Positions 30,854 through 39,927 of a DNA stretch of 64,000 bases are shown piece after piece; within the stretch, counting starts at the first letter, position 1; each line of letters starts with the position of its first letter. Under the pieces are notes generated by a model that saw nothing but the letters and a program-made list of their open reading frames with translations, was not told the origin of the DNA and did no database searches. The stretch is from an uncultured Candidatus Saccharibacteria bacterium (lineage in GTDB: Bacteria > Patescibacteriota > Saccharimonadia > Saccharimonadales > EFPC-124): positions 118,894 through 182,893 of the forward strand of contig CAZJVU010000002.1 in NCBI GenBank assembly GCA_964550035.1. The letters are read 5' to 3'. A program made the position numbers and the translations under genes.

Positions 30854-31702
30854 TTACTTATCACTTCCTGCTGGCACGCGACGCGCGTCGGGGGCAACAA
30901 CAGGGGAGTGTTCGGAATCGGTGAGGTCCTGGTGGTCCTCGGCATGCTCGGTGGCGGTCGCTAGGTAAACAGTAGTGAGCATGACAAAAATGTAAGCTTG
31001 AATGGCGCTAAAGAATACCTCAAGCATGTAAATCGGCAGCGTTGCCGCCCAGCCAAAGTTGCCAGCAACGGCGCCAATGACATGGATCAGCACCTCGCCG
31101 GCGTAAATCACACCGAAGAGACGCATGCTCAGGGTAAGGATACGAATGAATTCACTCAGCACTTCCACCAGGCCGAGGAAAAAGTTCATTGGGTTGTACG
31201 GCTTGCTCGTAAAGAAATGTTTCAGACGGCCAAGCACGCCGAGCTCCTTGATGGCGTAGAACTGCACGAGCCCAATCGACAGAATAGCCAGCGCCAGCGT
31301 CCCATTCAGATCAGTTGTAAAAGCGCGAAGGAGCGGAACAGTCTCGCCATCGGTCGTGATAGTGACCGAGCCCACGCCCGGAATCAGGCCAGAGAGGTTG
31401 CAGAAGAGAATGAACACGAACAGCGTGAGTAGAACTGGCAAATGCTTGAGCGCCTTCTTACGGTCGCCAAAGTTCTGTTCGGCGATGTTCAGGATGAAAT
31501 CAACAATCTGCTCAAACACAAACGCAAAGCCCGACACAGGGCGGAGCTTTGAACGAAACCGCGCGATACCAAAGAGAACAATGATAATAAGCGCCGTCAG
31601 AACGCCAAACAGCATTGAGTTAGTCACGGCAAACGAACCGATATGAAACACTGGCTCAGCAGCAAGCGGAACCCCCTCAGAGGCAGCAAAAAAGCTGATC
31701 AT
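30854..31702 (-). CDS. atpB: Fo ATP synthase subunit a
   Basis: Polytopic, with LSMRLFGVIYAGEVL (conserved Arg) and the first position in the operon. Confidence 0.9.
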   Translation of the reverse strand: MISFFAASEGVPLAAEPVFHIGSFAVTNSMLFGVLTALIIIVLFGIARFRSKLRPVSGFAFVFEQIVDFILNIAEQNFGDRKKALKHLPVLLTLFVFILFCNLSGLIPGVGSVTITTDGETVPLLRAFTTDLNGTLALAILSIGLVQFYAIKELGVLGRLKHFFTSKPYNPMNFFLGLVEVLSEFIRILTLSMRLFGVIYAGEVLIHVIGAVAGNFGWAATLPIYMLEVFFSAIQAYIFVMLTTVYLATATEHAEDHQDLTDSEHSPVVAPDARRVPAGSDK

Positions 31703-31878
31703 GAATCAGCCTCTCTGTAAGGCACAATAACAGCAATAACTGGACGAATGTGTGTCTTCACTTCCTCTAGACTATATCAGATGTCCTCGAGATACACAAC
31801 GGGTCAAAATGGCGACAAATATCGTATTTCATTTTATAATAAGATGGTCCAGTTACCCATCGAGGAACGGAGGGCTAT

Positions 31879-32337
31879 ATGGCACGTTTCAACAACAATC
31901 CGACCCCCGCGCAAATAAATCTGGCCACGTCACTCGGCATCACCCTCACGCCCGGCATGACTCACGGCGAGCTCAGCCAAATGATCGACGCCACGCCGCC
32001 CAGCGAAGGTCAGCTGGCCATGGCGAAATCGCTCGACGTGGCGGTCACGCCCGGCATGACCAGGGGGCAGCTCAAGCCGTTGCTCACACAGGCGAACATC
32101 AAGGTTGGCTTGACCGCGCTGCGAAGGAATCCTGCCCTCAAGGAGGGCAAATACATCGCTCTCGACGGTGAAGTCTACAAGATCACGGGCGTTTGGAGAA
32201 ACCCGCGCCGTCCGAGTGTGAGCCTCCAGCCGGCCGGTGGAGGCGCGAAGAAAGTTGTGTCCGCCTCACTCCTCCGTGACGTGAGCGAGGTGGCCTACAC
32301 GCCGCCCGCCCCGAAACGTCCTCGAAAGAAGTCGTAG
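31879..32337 (+). CDS. Hypothetical protein with an internal ~35-aa duplication (152 aa), GC-rich islet
   Basis: PTPAQINLATSLGITLTPGMTHGELSQMID is repeated as PSEGQLAMAKSLDVAVTPGMTRGQLKPLL. GGAGGG RBS. Hairpin GGGGCGCAC/GTGCGCCCC at 32346-32368. Confidence 0.6.
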   Translation: MARFNNNPTPAQINLATSLGITLTPGMTHGELSQMIDATPPSEGQLAMAKSLDVAVTPGMTRGQLKPLLTQANIKVGLTALRRNPALKEGKYIALDGEVYKITGVWRNPRRPSVSLQPAGGGAKKVVSASLLRDVSEVAYTPPAPKRPRKKS

Positions 32338-32433
32338 CTGACGAAGGGGCGCACCCAGTGTGCGCCCCAGTCAACAAACTTATATAAGCTAATTGTTTAA
32401 TTGCCAAAAACAGTACATTAGTCTATCTTATAG

Positions 32434-33207
32434 GTGCGTGACAAGCACCTACCCAAAGGGAAACAAATGCTCCGTGGCAAGAAGAAGTATGGTCTGAGGG
32501 CGCTGCGTTCAGACGTGGCGGAGTTCGTGCGCCGGCTCTGGATTATGCTGTCGTACCTCGGGGCAGCAGGATTATGGGCGGGAACCATTACAGCGGCTCT
32601 GTCCAAGAAAGTTCCGGACGGAGTCACTGCCTGGATGACCGCGGGCGTGTGGATGTTGTTCTACCAAGAATGGCAGCTCCGCAAAGCCGTCCAAAACGCC
32701 AAACCAGGCGCGGAACACTGGCGACGAATAGCGATCTTGTGGAGCATTCGTGTCCACATCATCTGCAACCTGTTCGTCATCGTGGTCCTGTGGCACAGGA
32801 TCATCACCACTCATCAACCCCTCTCTCACCTGGATCAGCTCAGCCTGTCGATTTGCGTGATTAGCCTTACCGTAACGTTCATCGCAGTGAAGCTTTTCGG
32901 CATTTCGCGGCCAGTAGCGTTGTTTCTCTACGCAGTGTTCTCGCGGGTCATCGAACAGGCCGCGGTCGCGTTCTCGCCGACCATCAATAAGCTGCCGTCG
33001 GCGACAGTCTACGGGCTACTCATTGTGGCGAGTGTTATCGCCATCAATATGGCCCTTGAGCTGTTCACCGCAAGTCGGGAGTACCGCAAGAACCCCAAGA
33101 AGAGAACACGGCAAGCCCGCGGGGCCCTCGGTTGGGCCTTTGGGAGTGCCGCGCTCAACGAAGCAGCAGCTGGGCTCGTCAATGCGTCATGGCAACTAGC
33201 CCGCTGA
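32434..33207 (+). CDS. Hypothetical polytopic membrane protein (about 246-257 aa), GC-rich islet
   Basis: Promoter TTGCCA-N17-TATCTT near 32401-32429. The start is probably MLRGKKKYG at 32467 (AAAGGGAAA RBS). Hairpin GGTGGGGCCGG/CCGGCCCCACC at 33213-33241. Confidence 0.55.
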   Translation: MRDKHLPKGKQMLRGKKKYGLRALRSDVAEFVRRLWIMLSYLGAAGLWAGTITAALSKKVPDGVTAWMTAGVWMLFYQEWQLRKAVQNAKPGAEHWRRIAILWSIRVHIICNLFVIVVLWHRIITTHQPLSHLDQLSLSICVISLTVTFIAVKLFGISRPVALFLYAVFSRVIEQAAVAFSPTINKLPSATVYGLLIVASVIAINMALELFTASREYRKNPKKRTRQARGALGWAFGSAALNEAAAGLVNASWQLAR

Positions 33208-33258
33208 GGCACGGTGGGGCCGGAGCACATCCGGCCCCACCACTCACAACTTTAGAAT

Positions 33259-33924
33259 TTAGAACCAAAAAGCTTTACGAAGTTTTGTCCAAGTATCCTC
33301 GTGTTCGGGACCTTGGCAGGTAGATGGGTCGGCCGTGGTGTCGGCTTTTTTCGCGTCGCTGGCAACTTGTGCGAATTCCTTCTGAAGTATGGCGTCATCT
33401 TCGGTGCCGTAGCTGATAAGCAGGCGATCTTTGTCGCCAATAATCTCGTTGGCGATCGAGCGTGTCTGCTTGCCATTAAGTACAAAGCTTAGCTTGCCAC
33501 CCTGGTCATTTATATAGGCATCCTTGCCGTCATAGATCATGGAATTATTGAGCGACCAGCCGAGATTCGTGAACAGATCTCCCCATGTCACAACCGTGTC
33601 GTGTACGTGCACGAGGCCCGGGTTTTCGTCGTGCATATGCACGCGCCCGAGTGGCGAAGCGTGCTCGTCGCAGGCAGAAACTTCCTGATAATACTGCGGG
33701 CCCTTAAAATCTTGCTTCTTCCCATTTATAAAGACTGCCATGTTAGCGTGATAATGCGTTTCGTCGCTCTGCATGCCCACAAACCGCACCAGCCCAATGA
33801 TCAAAGCTCCCAAAACAACTCCGCCAACAATAGCGCCGACCACGGCCTTCCGGCGAAGCAACGATACATAATACGATGCACGATTACTCATACAGTCAAT
33901 GATATACTGAGTATAAGGAGACAC
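33259..33924 (-). CDS. Membrane-anchored His-rich hypothetical protein (221 aa)
   Basis: One TM segment followed by HYHANMAVFINGK...ACDEHASPLGRVHMHDENPGLVHVHD. Divergent from the glutaredoxin-like gene. Confidence 0.55.
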   Translation of the reverse strand: MSPYTQYIIDCMSNRASYYVSLLRRKAVVGAIVGGVVLGALIIGLVRFVGMQSDETHYHANMAVFINGKKQDFKGPQYYQEVSACDEHASPLGRVHMHDENPGLVHVHDTVVTWGDLFTNLGWSLNNSMIYDGKDAYINDQGGKLSFVLNGKQTRSIANEIIGDKDRLLISYGTEDDAILQKEFAQVASDAKKADTTADPSTCQGPEHEDTWTKLRKAFWF

Positions 33925-33930
33925 GCAAAC

Positions 33931-34194
33931 ATGCCAGATATGCAGCCGACCGTCACCATCTATTCATCGCCAACATGTGCGTTCTGTCACATGGCTATGG
34001 AATATTTCAAGGATAAAGGCATCGCATTTACCGAGAAAGACATCACCACCGATGCCGAGGCATACAAGTTTGTTGTCGAAGAGGTGGGGCAGGCGGTGAC
34101 GCCTATTATTACGATCAACGACACAGTCATCGTGGGCTTCGACCGCCCAAAGATCGACGATGCGCTGAGCGACGCACGCAAGGAATTTAACTAG
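33931..34194 (+). CDS. Glutaredoxin/NrdH-like thioredoxin-fold protein (87 aa)
   Basis: AAGGAG RBS at 33915-33920. TIYSSPTCAFCHMAMEYF (CxxC) ... TPIITINDTVIVGFD. Confidence 0.85.
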   Translation: MPDMQPTVTIYSSPTCAFCHMAMEYFKDKGIAFTEKDITTDAEAYKFVVEEVGQAVTPIITINDTVIVGFDRPKIDDALSDARKEFN

Positions 34195-34205
34195 AGGACC
34201 CACCA

Positions 34206-34775
34206 ATGGCGCTTGAGGATTACAAGACAAAAGACAGTGTTGTGCTGGTGTACACCGGCGATTCGAAAGGCAAAACAAGCGCCAGCATTGGCCTGATGTG
34301 CCGTGCACTCGGCAACGGCTGGAAAGTTGCGTTCATCCAGTTCATCAAGCATTGGGAAGTAGGGGAGCACAAGTTCATCCACCAGATTCAGCCGGTATTT
34401 GAAGACCGCCTCTATTTCTTTAAGGGCGGCAAAGGTTTCTACAACGCCGGCGACATGAGCGCTAAAAACGTCAGTAGCACCGAACATAAAGCCGCCGCCG
34501 ACGAAACGTACAAACAGGCACTGCACTGCGTCACCAGCGGCGACTATGACCTAGTGATCTGCGACGAGATCAACAACGCCGTGCACGACGGCCTACTTAG
34601 CCAGCAGGAACTCGAAGACCTCATCGACAAAAAAGCCACCAAAACAAGCCTATGCATGACCGGCCGCAACTTCCCGGAAGAGCTACTCGACAAGGTCGAC
34701 ATCGCCACGCGCATGACCAAGATAAAGCATCACTTTGACGACAAGTTCTTGGCCAACAAGGGCATCGACTACTAA
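34206..34775 (+). CDS. cobO: Cob(I)yrinic acid a,c-diamide adenosyltransferase (CobA/CobO/BtuR family)
   Basis: VLVYTGDSKGKTSASIG P-loop variant, VAFIQFIK, ICDEINNAV, and TKIKHHFD...GIDY* at the C-terminus as in BtuR/CobO. Confidence 0.75.
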   Translation: MALEDYKTKDSVVLVYTGDSKGKTSASIGLMCRALGNGWKVAFIQFIKHWEVGEHKFIHQIQPVFEDRLYFFKGGKGFYNAGDMSAKNVSSTEHKAAADETYKQALHCVTSGDYDLVICDEINNAVHDGLLSQQELEDLIDKKATKTSLCMTGRNFPEELLDKVDIATRMTKIKHHFDDKFLANKGIDY

Positions 34776-34780
34776 GTAAA

Positions 34781-34808
34781 AGAGCTGCGGAGTTGCAGCT
34801 CTTTGTTA
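34781..34808 (+). terminator. Intrinsic terminator after cobO
   Basis: AGAGCTGC-ggagtt-GCAGCTCT followed by TTGTT. Confidence 0.6.
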
Positions 34809-35036
34809 AAGTCCTTTGATAATTGTATCCGTTGGATTAGCCTTCGGAAGGCTGCTCGGAAGCGCGACAGGCGCCTGGGGCTGCGAGTTGCGGTGGATCA
34901 AATTGTCTAGAAACGCTCTCATCATTTCACTCCTAAGTATAGCATCGCGTTTACTTTGCTCAGGCAGAAGCAGGTTAAAATTCCTTGACCGACGTCTTAT
35001 ACTAATACTATAGAAATTACTTGGAGGATTTTAACT

Positions 35037-35468
35037 ATGGCAATCGTACAATGGGACCCGTTCAGCGAGCTCAATTCGCTCCACGATCAGATGAACAGCT
35101 TGTTCAATCAAGCGATCGGCAACAACAGCCAGCAGCTCTTGCCAGTCACCGACGTATATAGTGACGACGACAAAAAAATGGTCGTCGAAGTCCATCTGCC
35201 GAACTTCAGCGAGAAAGAAGTGAACGTCGATGTCCAGGACAACGCGCTCGTCATAAGCGCCGAGCACGAAGAAGAAGAGAAGAGCAAGAACCGCAAGTAC
35301 CTCGTGCGTGAAAGTTCGACCAGCTTCTACCGCCGCGTAGCACTGCCGAAGCAGGCCGATCAAGAGGGCATCGAGGCGCACTTTGCTAGTGGCGTCCTGA
35401 AGGTGACGGTGCCGTTTAGGGAATTGCCGAAGCCGAAGAAGATTGCGATTATGGGCGGGAAGAAATAG
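35037..35468 (+). CDS. Hsp20/alpha-crystallin small heat-shock protein
   Basis: MAIVQWDPFSELNSLHDQMNSLF...; alpha-crystallin core VEVHLPNFSEKEVNVDVQDNALVISAEH...GVLKVTVP. Confidence 0.9.
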   Translation: MAIVQWDPFSELNSLHDQMNSLFNQAIGNNSQQLLPVTDVYSDDDKKMVVEVHLPNFSEKEVNVDVQDNALVISAEHEEEEKSKNRKYLVRESSTSFYRRVALPKQADQEGIEAHFASGVLKVTVPFRELPKPKKIAIMGGKK

Positions 35469-35479
35469 ATAGAAAAATA

Positions 35480-35573
35480 GGGGTGGCAGTCGGCGGGGCA
35501 GCTCCCAGGTTTTTGCCCGCAGGATTTTTAATCCGAGGACAAAAACTAGGGGCGGGCCGACTGACAGGACCCC
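35480..35573. other. Structured GC-rich intergenic element (long interrupted hairpin)
   Basis: GGGGT..CAGTCGGC (35480-35494) pairs with GCCGACTG..ACCCC (35556-35573), enclosing about 60 nt. Lies between hsp20 and the nuclease gene. Confidence 0.4.
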
Positions 35574-35630
35574 AGTCCATATTATATTTCTCTTGCGCTG
35601 TGTAGGGCAGAGTGTCCTATAATACCAACT

Positions 35631-36227
35631 ATGTCCAAACGCCGCCTCCAACGCCTCATCATCTCCCTCATCCTCCTCGGCGCCAGTGCGCTGACATACT
35701 ACTTGCAACAGCACCCCGCGACCCAGCAGCAGGCGAATAATAAAGACGCACCTCAAGTCATGGGCGTCCAACAACCAGGCTACTACAAAGTCGCCCACGT
35801 CGCCGACGGCGACACCATCAGCGTCGACATGAATGGCAAGACCGAAACCATCCGCATGATCGGCGTCGACACCCCCGAATCCGTCAAACCAAACAGCCCC
35901 GTCCAATGCTACGGCAAAGAAGCCAGCGATTACACCAAACAAAACCTCAGCGGCGCCTCCGTCCGGCTCGAAGCCGACCCAACAGGGGATAATCGCGATC
36001 GCTACGATAGATTATTGCGCTACGTCTACCTCCAGGACGGCACCCTCTGGGAGCAAAAGCTCATCGAGCAAGGCTACGGCTTTGCCTACCTATCGTTCCA
36101 GTTCACCAAGCAAGCCGACTTCGCCGCCCTACAAGCCAAGGCGCAAGATGCGAAGGTTGGACTATGGAATACCTGCACGCCGACGCTGAGTTCGGGCGGC
36201 CGGTGGGAGAGTAATGATTTGAAGTAA
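35631..36227 (+). CDS. Thermonuclease (staphylococcal-nuclease-like, SNase)
   Basis: N-terminal TM/signal, then VADGDTISVDMNGKTETIRMIGVDTPES...YGKEAS...DRYDRLLRYVY...GYGFAY. Confidence 0.9.
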   Translation: MSKRRLQRLIISLILLGASALTYYLQQHPATQQQANNKDAPQVMGVQQPGYYKVAHVADGDTISVDMNGKTETIRMIGVDTPESVKPNSPVQCYGKEASDYTKQNLSGASVRLEADPTGDNRDRYDRLLRYVYLQDGTLWEQKLIEQGYGFAYLSFQFTKQADFAALQAKAQDAKVGLWNTCTPTLSSGGRWESNDLK

Positions 36228-36233
36228 CTGAAG

Positions 36234-37094
36234 TTAATACGAAGAGCAAGCTTTCTGCTTGTCTAGCAGTGTCGAGCGCGTTTGGTCATCGACGCCCGAG
36301 AGGGTGATCGTCGACTCGGTGTCATCATTCCAGACGCTGAGCCTCTGCTGTAGTAAGATGCCTATTCGATTCGTGCCTGGAGGAAAGTCTGTATCAGTCA
36401 AATATAGAGAGGCGGGATAGAATCGTGTATTCCAAAGGCATTTGCCCAAAATCGCTTCAGCCTCGGCCTGCGTTATCCATTTTTTGGTCTCGGGCTGCCT
36501 TGGTCGTTCAATATCATAAGTTGGTACAAACCCGCACCTATCTTCAACGTCTTTACGTCGGGCGAGCTGGAAAAGCTCATCATAATACTTAACGTCGAAA
36601 GTGCGCGTCTCTCGGGAAGATCTCATGCCAGGCAAAACTGGCACGTAGGCATTAAGCTGCATCGACCCACCGTTATGCCGCATAATAGTCTCAATCTGGC
36701 ACGTACTTACCAGTGCACGCGCTTGGCTTAATGATATTGGTATCTCCGCCCGTTCTTTCGCTTGTTGTTGCAGGCTAGTACCGACGACGATATAAGCACC
36801 GGTTCCGATTACCGGCAGGAGCGTGATGAGCGCTCCCATCAAATACAACACATACTTCTTAAGCCTTACGGCGAGCACAATAAAGCCGATGGCATTCGCT
36901 ATAAGCAGAATCCCAACGACAAGAAGAATCGGAGCAGTAAAAAGCCCAGCCCAGCCAGTTGTGTCAGCAAAGCTTGTCCACATCGCCCAAGTAAAAATGG
37001 CAAATAATATGAGGTCGAAAAAGATATGAGGTTTGGCAGGAGCTACTGGTTCAGACCAGCTTCTGGATTTAAGTCTAGTTTTTGGCTGTTTCAT
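36234..37094 (-). CDS. Hypothetical membrane protein (286 aa)
   Basis: 4 N-terminal TM segments plus a soluble C-terminal domain. Lower-GC block. Confidence 0.55.
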   Translation of the reverse strand: MKQPKTRLKSRSWSEPVAPAKPHIFFDLILFAIFTWAMWTSFADTTGWAGLFTAPILLVVGILLIANAIGFIVLAVRLKKYVLYLMGALITLLPVIGTGAYIVVGTSLQQQAKERAEIPISLSQARALVSTCQIETIMRHNGGSMQLNAYVPVLPGMRSSRETRTFDVKYYDELFQLARRKDVEDRCGFVPTYDIERPRQPETKKWITQAEAEAILGKCLWNTRFYPASLYLTDTDFPPGTNRIGILLQQRLSVWNDDTESTITLSGVDDQTRSTLLDKQKACSSY

Positions 37095-37100
37095 AATTCG

Positions 37101-37901
37101 TTAGTATGGTCGACCCACGCCCAGAAAGAACAGGATCAAGCCCGATGAACTCCAGATGAAATAAAGTGACACGAGGATTACCAAGACACCAAATGCCCAA
37201 ACCTTCCTCGAGGCTTTTTCGGTCGTCGCGAAATATCGTACCAGGTATACAATGTTCAGTACACCCAATAAGGCGACGACGATGGCTAATACCAAATACC
37301 ACCAAGTCCAGTAAGGATTGATGAAAATGTTGAATGAACTAAATATTGGTTCAGCCGAAAAGGAGACCAAGAAGTAGGTGAAGTTTGCAATGAGTAGACG
37401 TCGGCCCCATACAGCATGTTTAATGCTTTTGAGAGGATACTGCTTATAAATTGCCATAAGAAAGGCGAGTAATGTCAGAACAATAGCCGTACATCCAAAG
37501 AGCGAGCTTGATATACCTACGAGTATCTTCTCGCCAAAAATCCCGCTGAACACGCGGGAGAAAATCGAATGCATGCTTTCTTCTGTATCGCTACCGTTAA
37601 CAACAAAACACCAGAGCAAAATCCAAAGTAGACAAAAGGCAACCTCCATCCAGAAAAGCGTCCGTGGAAGTTTCTCGCCTCTAGGTCTAATTGCATTCGC
37701 AAACTCTACAGCAACCAAAGGCATTAAAGCGGTCAGTAGCATCTCTGGGTGAACCATGAGCCCGAGCGTATACCAACCTGGATTCAAAAAGAAGGTGAGT
37801 GGATACCAGACTACACTCACGACCAGCAGCGTATTAAGGATCACTTTCTTGCGTCTATCAAGCCTTGGCGTTTTCTCGGTGTCTGGTTGCATGTGTTTCA
37901 T
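37101..37901 (-). CDS. Hypothetical polytopic membrane protein (266 aa)
   Basis: At least 7 hydrophobic segments. 6-nt gap to the downstream gene. Confidence 0.55.
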   Translation of the reverse strand: MKHMQPDTEKTPRLDRRKKVILNTLLVVSVVWYPLTFFLNPGWYTLGLMVHPEMLLTALMPLVAVEFANAIRPRGEKLPRTLFWMEVAFCLLWILLWCFVVNGSDTEESMHSIFSRVFSGIFGEKILVGISSSLFGCTAIVLTLLAFLMAIYKQYPLKSIKHAVWGRRLLIANFTYFLVSFSAEPIFSSFNIFINPYWTWWYLVLAIVVALLGVLNIVYLVRYFATTEKASRKVWAFGVLVILVSLYFIWSSSGLILFFLGVGRPY

Positions 37902-37956
37902 AGTTGAGAATAAGCTTACTGGACGTTGCCTGAGATGACAAGTTAGAAAAATCTAA

Positions 37957-38487
37957 CTATGGAGTCTTTGGAGCATACGTAACTGAAATCGATATGTTAA
38001 ACCACTCTTTATTAGTTGGTGGAGAAAATGGCCGTTCATTCTTGCCTAGAACGCCCACAACTCCACTGACACTCCATCTAGAGCTGCCTTCTCTCTGTAG
38101 GATAGCATCGTTAATCTTCTTATAAAGAATCTGCTCCTGATCCTTATCTGCTAACAGATACCAGTGAGTCTCTACGGTAGGGCAAGCAATATCGACACAC
38201 CAGAAGGAATTGATATATTTCTCGCCCTCAGTAACGGTTGCCCTCTGCCGTTCGATGCCACCCATCGGGCCGAGAAGGCCTTTAGTCGCCTCCTCAACCC
38301 CGGTCTTCATGTGAGTCACACCATCTTCATATTTCTGTTCATTCGACTTATATAGACCAACAAGAACAACAGCCAAGATAGCCACAACAACTAGGCCGAT
38401 GAGGCTCAGCCATTTGTTGTGCCGCCAAAAAGTAACCTCTACTTTTCGCGGCTTCTGCTCCTTTGGTTTAGATTGGGAAGATTGCAT
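37957..38487 (-). CDS. Membrane-anchored hypothetical protein (176 aa)
   Basis: Basic N-terminus, a single TM segment and an extracytoplasmic domain. Confidence 0.55.
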   Translation of the reverse strand: MQSSQSKPKEQKPRKVEVTFWRHNKWLSLIGLVVVAILAVVLVGLYKSNEQKYEDGVTHMKTGVEEATKGLLGPMGGIERQRATVTEGEKYINSFWCVDIACPTVETHWYLLADKDQEQILYKKINDAILQREGSSRWSVSGVVGVLGKNERPFSPPTNKEWFNISISVTYAPKTP

Positions 38488-38595
38488 AAGGTTGTAATAA
38501 GTATACTAGAGCTTACTCAGTTCACAAATACTCTCATTACGCTTGCAATGCGAGGCAATCAGTGATAACATCCAGCAAGCTCGTCGCCCCCGAAA

Positions 38596-39909
38596 ATGGC
38601 TACGAGAGAAACATCGGCACTTCCACGAGAGAAGGTGAGAAAGTTGTTACGCTGTATACACGGCGCGAGGACTTTGGTTGCTTCGATGGTACTGATCGCC
38701 CTGAGTTCACTTCTAGCGGTCTTCGGACCGGCAAGTCTTGCGCATGCCGATCCCAGTTGCCAACAAGGCGGAGCCTATGTGCTCTTTGCCCGCGGCTCCG
38801 GCGAAGGCTTCAACGGTACTCGTGCAAGGGACTTTCAGCATTACACTATGCAAGCCCTCGCGAACGAAGGCGTTCTCAGCTCATGGGCCGAGCTGGGCAA
38901 CCTCGACAACAACTACAGTGTGGCCCCACTGGCTGAATACCCGGCCGTCCCGGTAGCCAACTGGCACGCCGTAAACGTTGTCGACGGCGATTACGCCACA
39001 AGCGTAAATACTGGCGTCGATGAGCTGGTTGGCCACCTCAACCACCGATACGGCACAGCCACCGGCAACTGGGTAAGCAACTGCAGCCGAGAAACGTTAG
39101 TCTTGGGCGGATACTCTCAAGGTGCGAACGTCATCGGCGATGCGCTTCGGAGCCCCAATCTGAGCCAGGCGGCCAAGAATCACATCGGCTACGTGGCACT
39201 GTACGGAGACCCGAAGTTCAACCCGGCCACGCTCATCAGCGACCGCATCTACCACACCAACTTCCAGTCTCGCTGGTGGTGGGTAAGGGGAAATGATGCA
39301 GGATATCACCAGCTCAATCCGATCGACGTGGAGTTCAACCACGGAGCGCTATACGCAGCAGACCCCTACGTACCCGCCGAATACAAAGGCAGGTTCGGAA
39401 GTTGGTGTGCTGCCGGCGATTTCGTATGTACCTCGATCGGCAATACCGACATCCATAGCGCGGCCTACAATGGCCCAGGCAATTGGATTAATCGGTCTGC
39501 CGATGAGATCGCCTACGCCACGAGACTGAAGCGCAACCAACTCGACGTGGGTAACTACTCGTCACAACCTCTAGCGCTCTACCTCGTACGCCCCATGCCC
39601 TACAGCTACGTCGCGTGGCTGCCGTACATGGATGCGTACTTCCAGACCGCAGACTATCTGACGCCGCCTCCGCCCGTCGTCACCCACGTCAAATGCACCA
39701 CCGGCCCCGACGGCGTCCGCGAAGTCTACGCCTCCACGACGTCGACGGTTACGGAAGCGTGGTGGTATCCAGGAGGCAACGGCGTCCACACCCACGAGAT
39801 GATCAACATCTCCCAGGACAACATCGTCGGTTTCGACAAGGTGAACGAACCGGATGGAGTGACGCAGTCGCTCTACACGGCAGTACCCGACGGGGTGTGG
39901 GAGACGTAG
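38596..39909 (+). CDS. Secreted cutinase-like serine hydrolase fused to the first blades of a WW-repeat beta-propeller; ends at an in-frame TAG
   Basis: Signal peptide. FARGSGE, LGGYSQGANV, CAAGDFVC...H (cutinase-type Ser/Asp/His context). The C-terminus starts a ~48-aa repeat (VTEAWWYPGGNGVH...). Confidence 0.75.
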   Translation: MATRETSALPREKVRKLLRCIHGARTLVASMVLIALSSLLAVFGPASLAHADPSCQQGGAYVLFARGSGEGFNGTRARDFQHYTMQALANEGVLSSWAELGNLDNNYSVAPLAEYPAVPVANWHAVNVVDGDYATSVNTGVDELVGHLNHRYGTATGNWVSNCSRETLVLGGYSQGANVIGDALRSPNLSQAAKNHIGYVALYGDPKFNPATLISDRIYHTNFQSRWWWVRGNDAGYHQLNPIDVEFNHGALYAADPYVPAEYKGRFGSWCAAGDFVCTSIGNTDIHSAAYNGPGNWINRSADEIAYATRLKRNQLDVGNYSSQPLALYLVRPMPYSYVAWLPYMDAYFQTADYLTPPPPVVTHVKCTTGPDGVREVYASTTSTVTEAWWYPGGNGVHTHEMINISQDNIVGFDKVNEPDGVTQSLYTAVPDGVWET

Positions 39910-39927
39910 TGGCGCCCGAACGAGGGC

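Noticed and set aside
35031-35942. 303-aa minus-strand ORF spanning hsp20, the intergenic region and the start of the nuclease gene
   Set aside because: It is antisense to two well-supported genes (alpha-crystallin and SNase motifs) and crosses their intergenic promoter. Its composition looks non-protein-like.
39907-39909. TAG reassignment (alternative genetic code) explaining the in-frame stop
   Set aside because: TAG is used as the terminal stop of well-supported genes in this window, for example the MMPL gene at 1028-1030 and the helicase gene at 16579-16581. No other conserved gene carries an internal TAG. A point mutation, sequencing error or local read-through is more likely.
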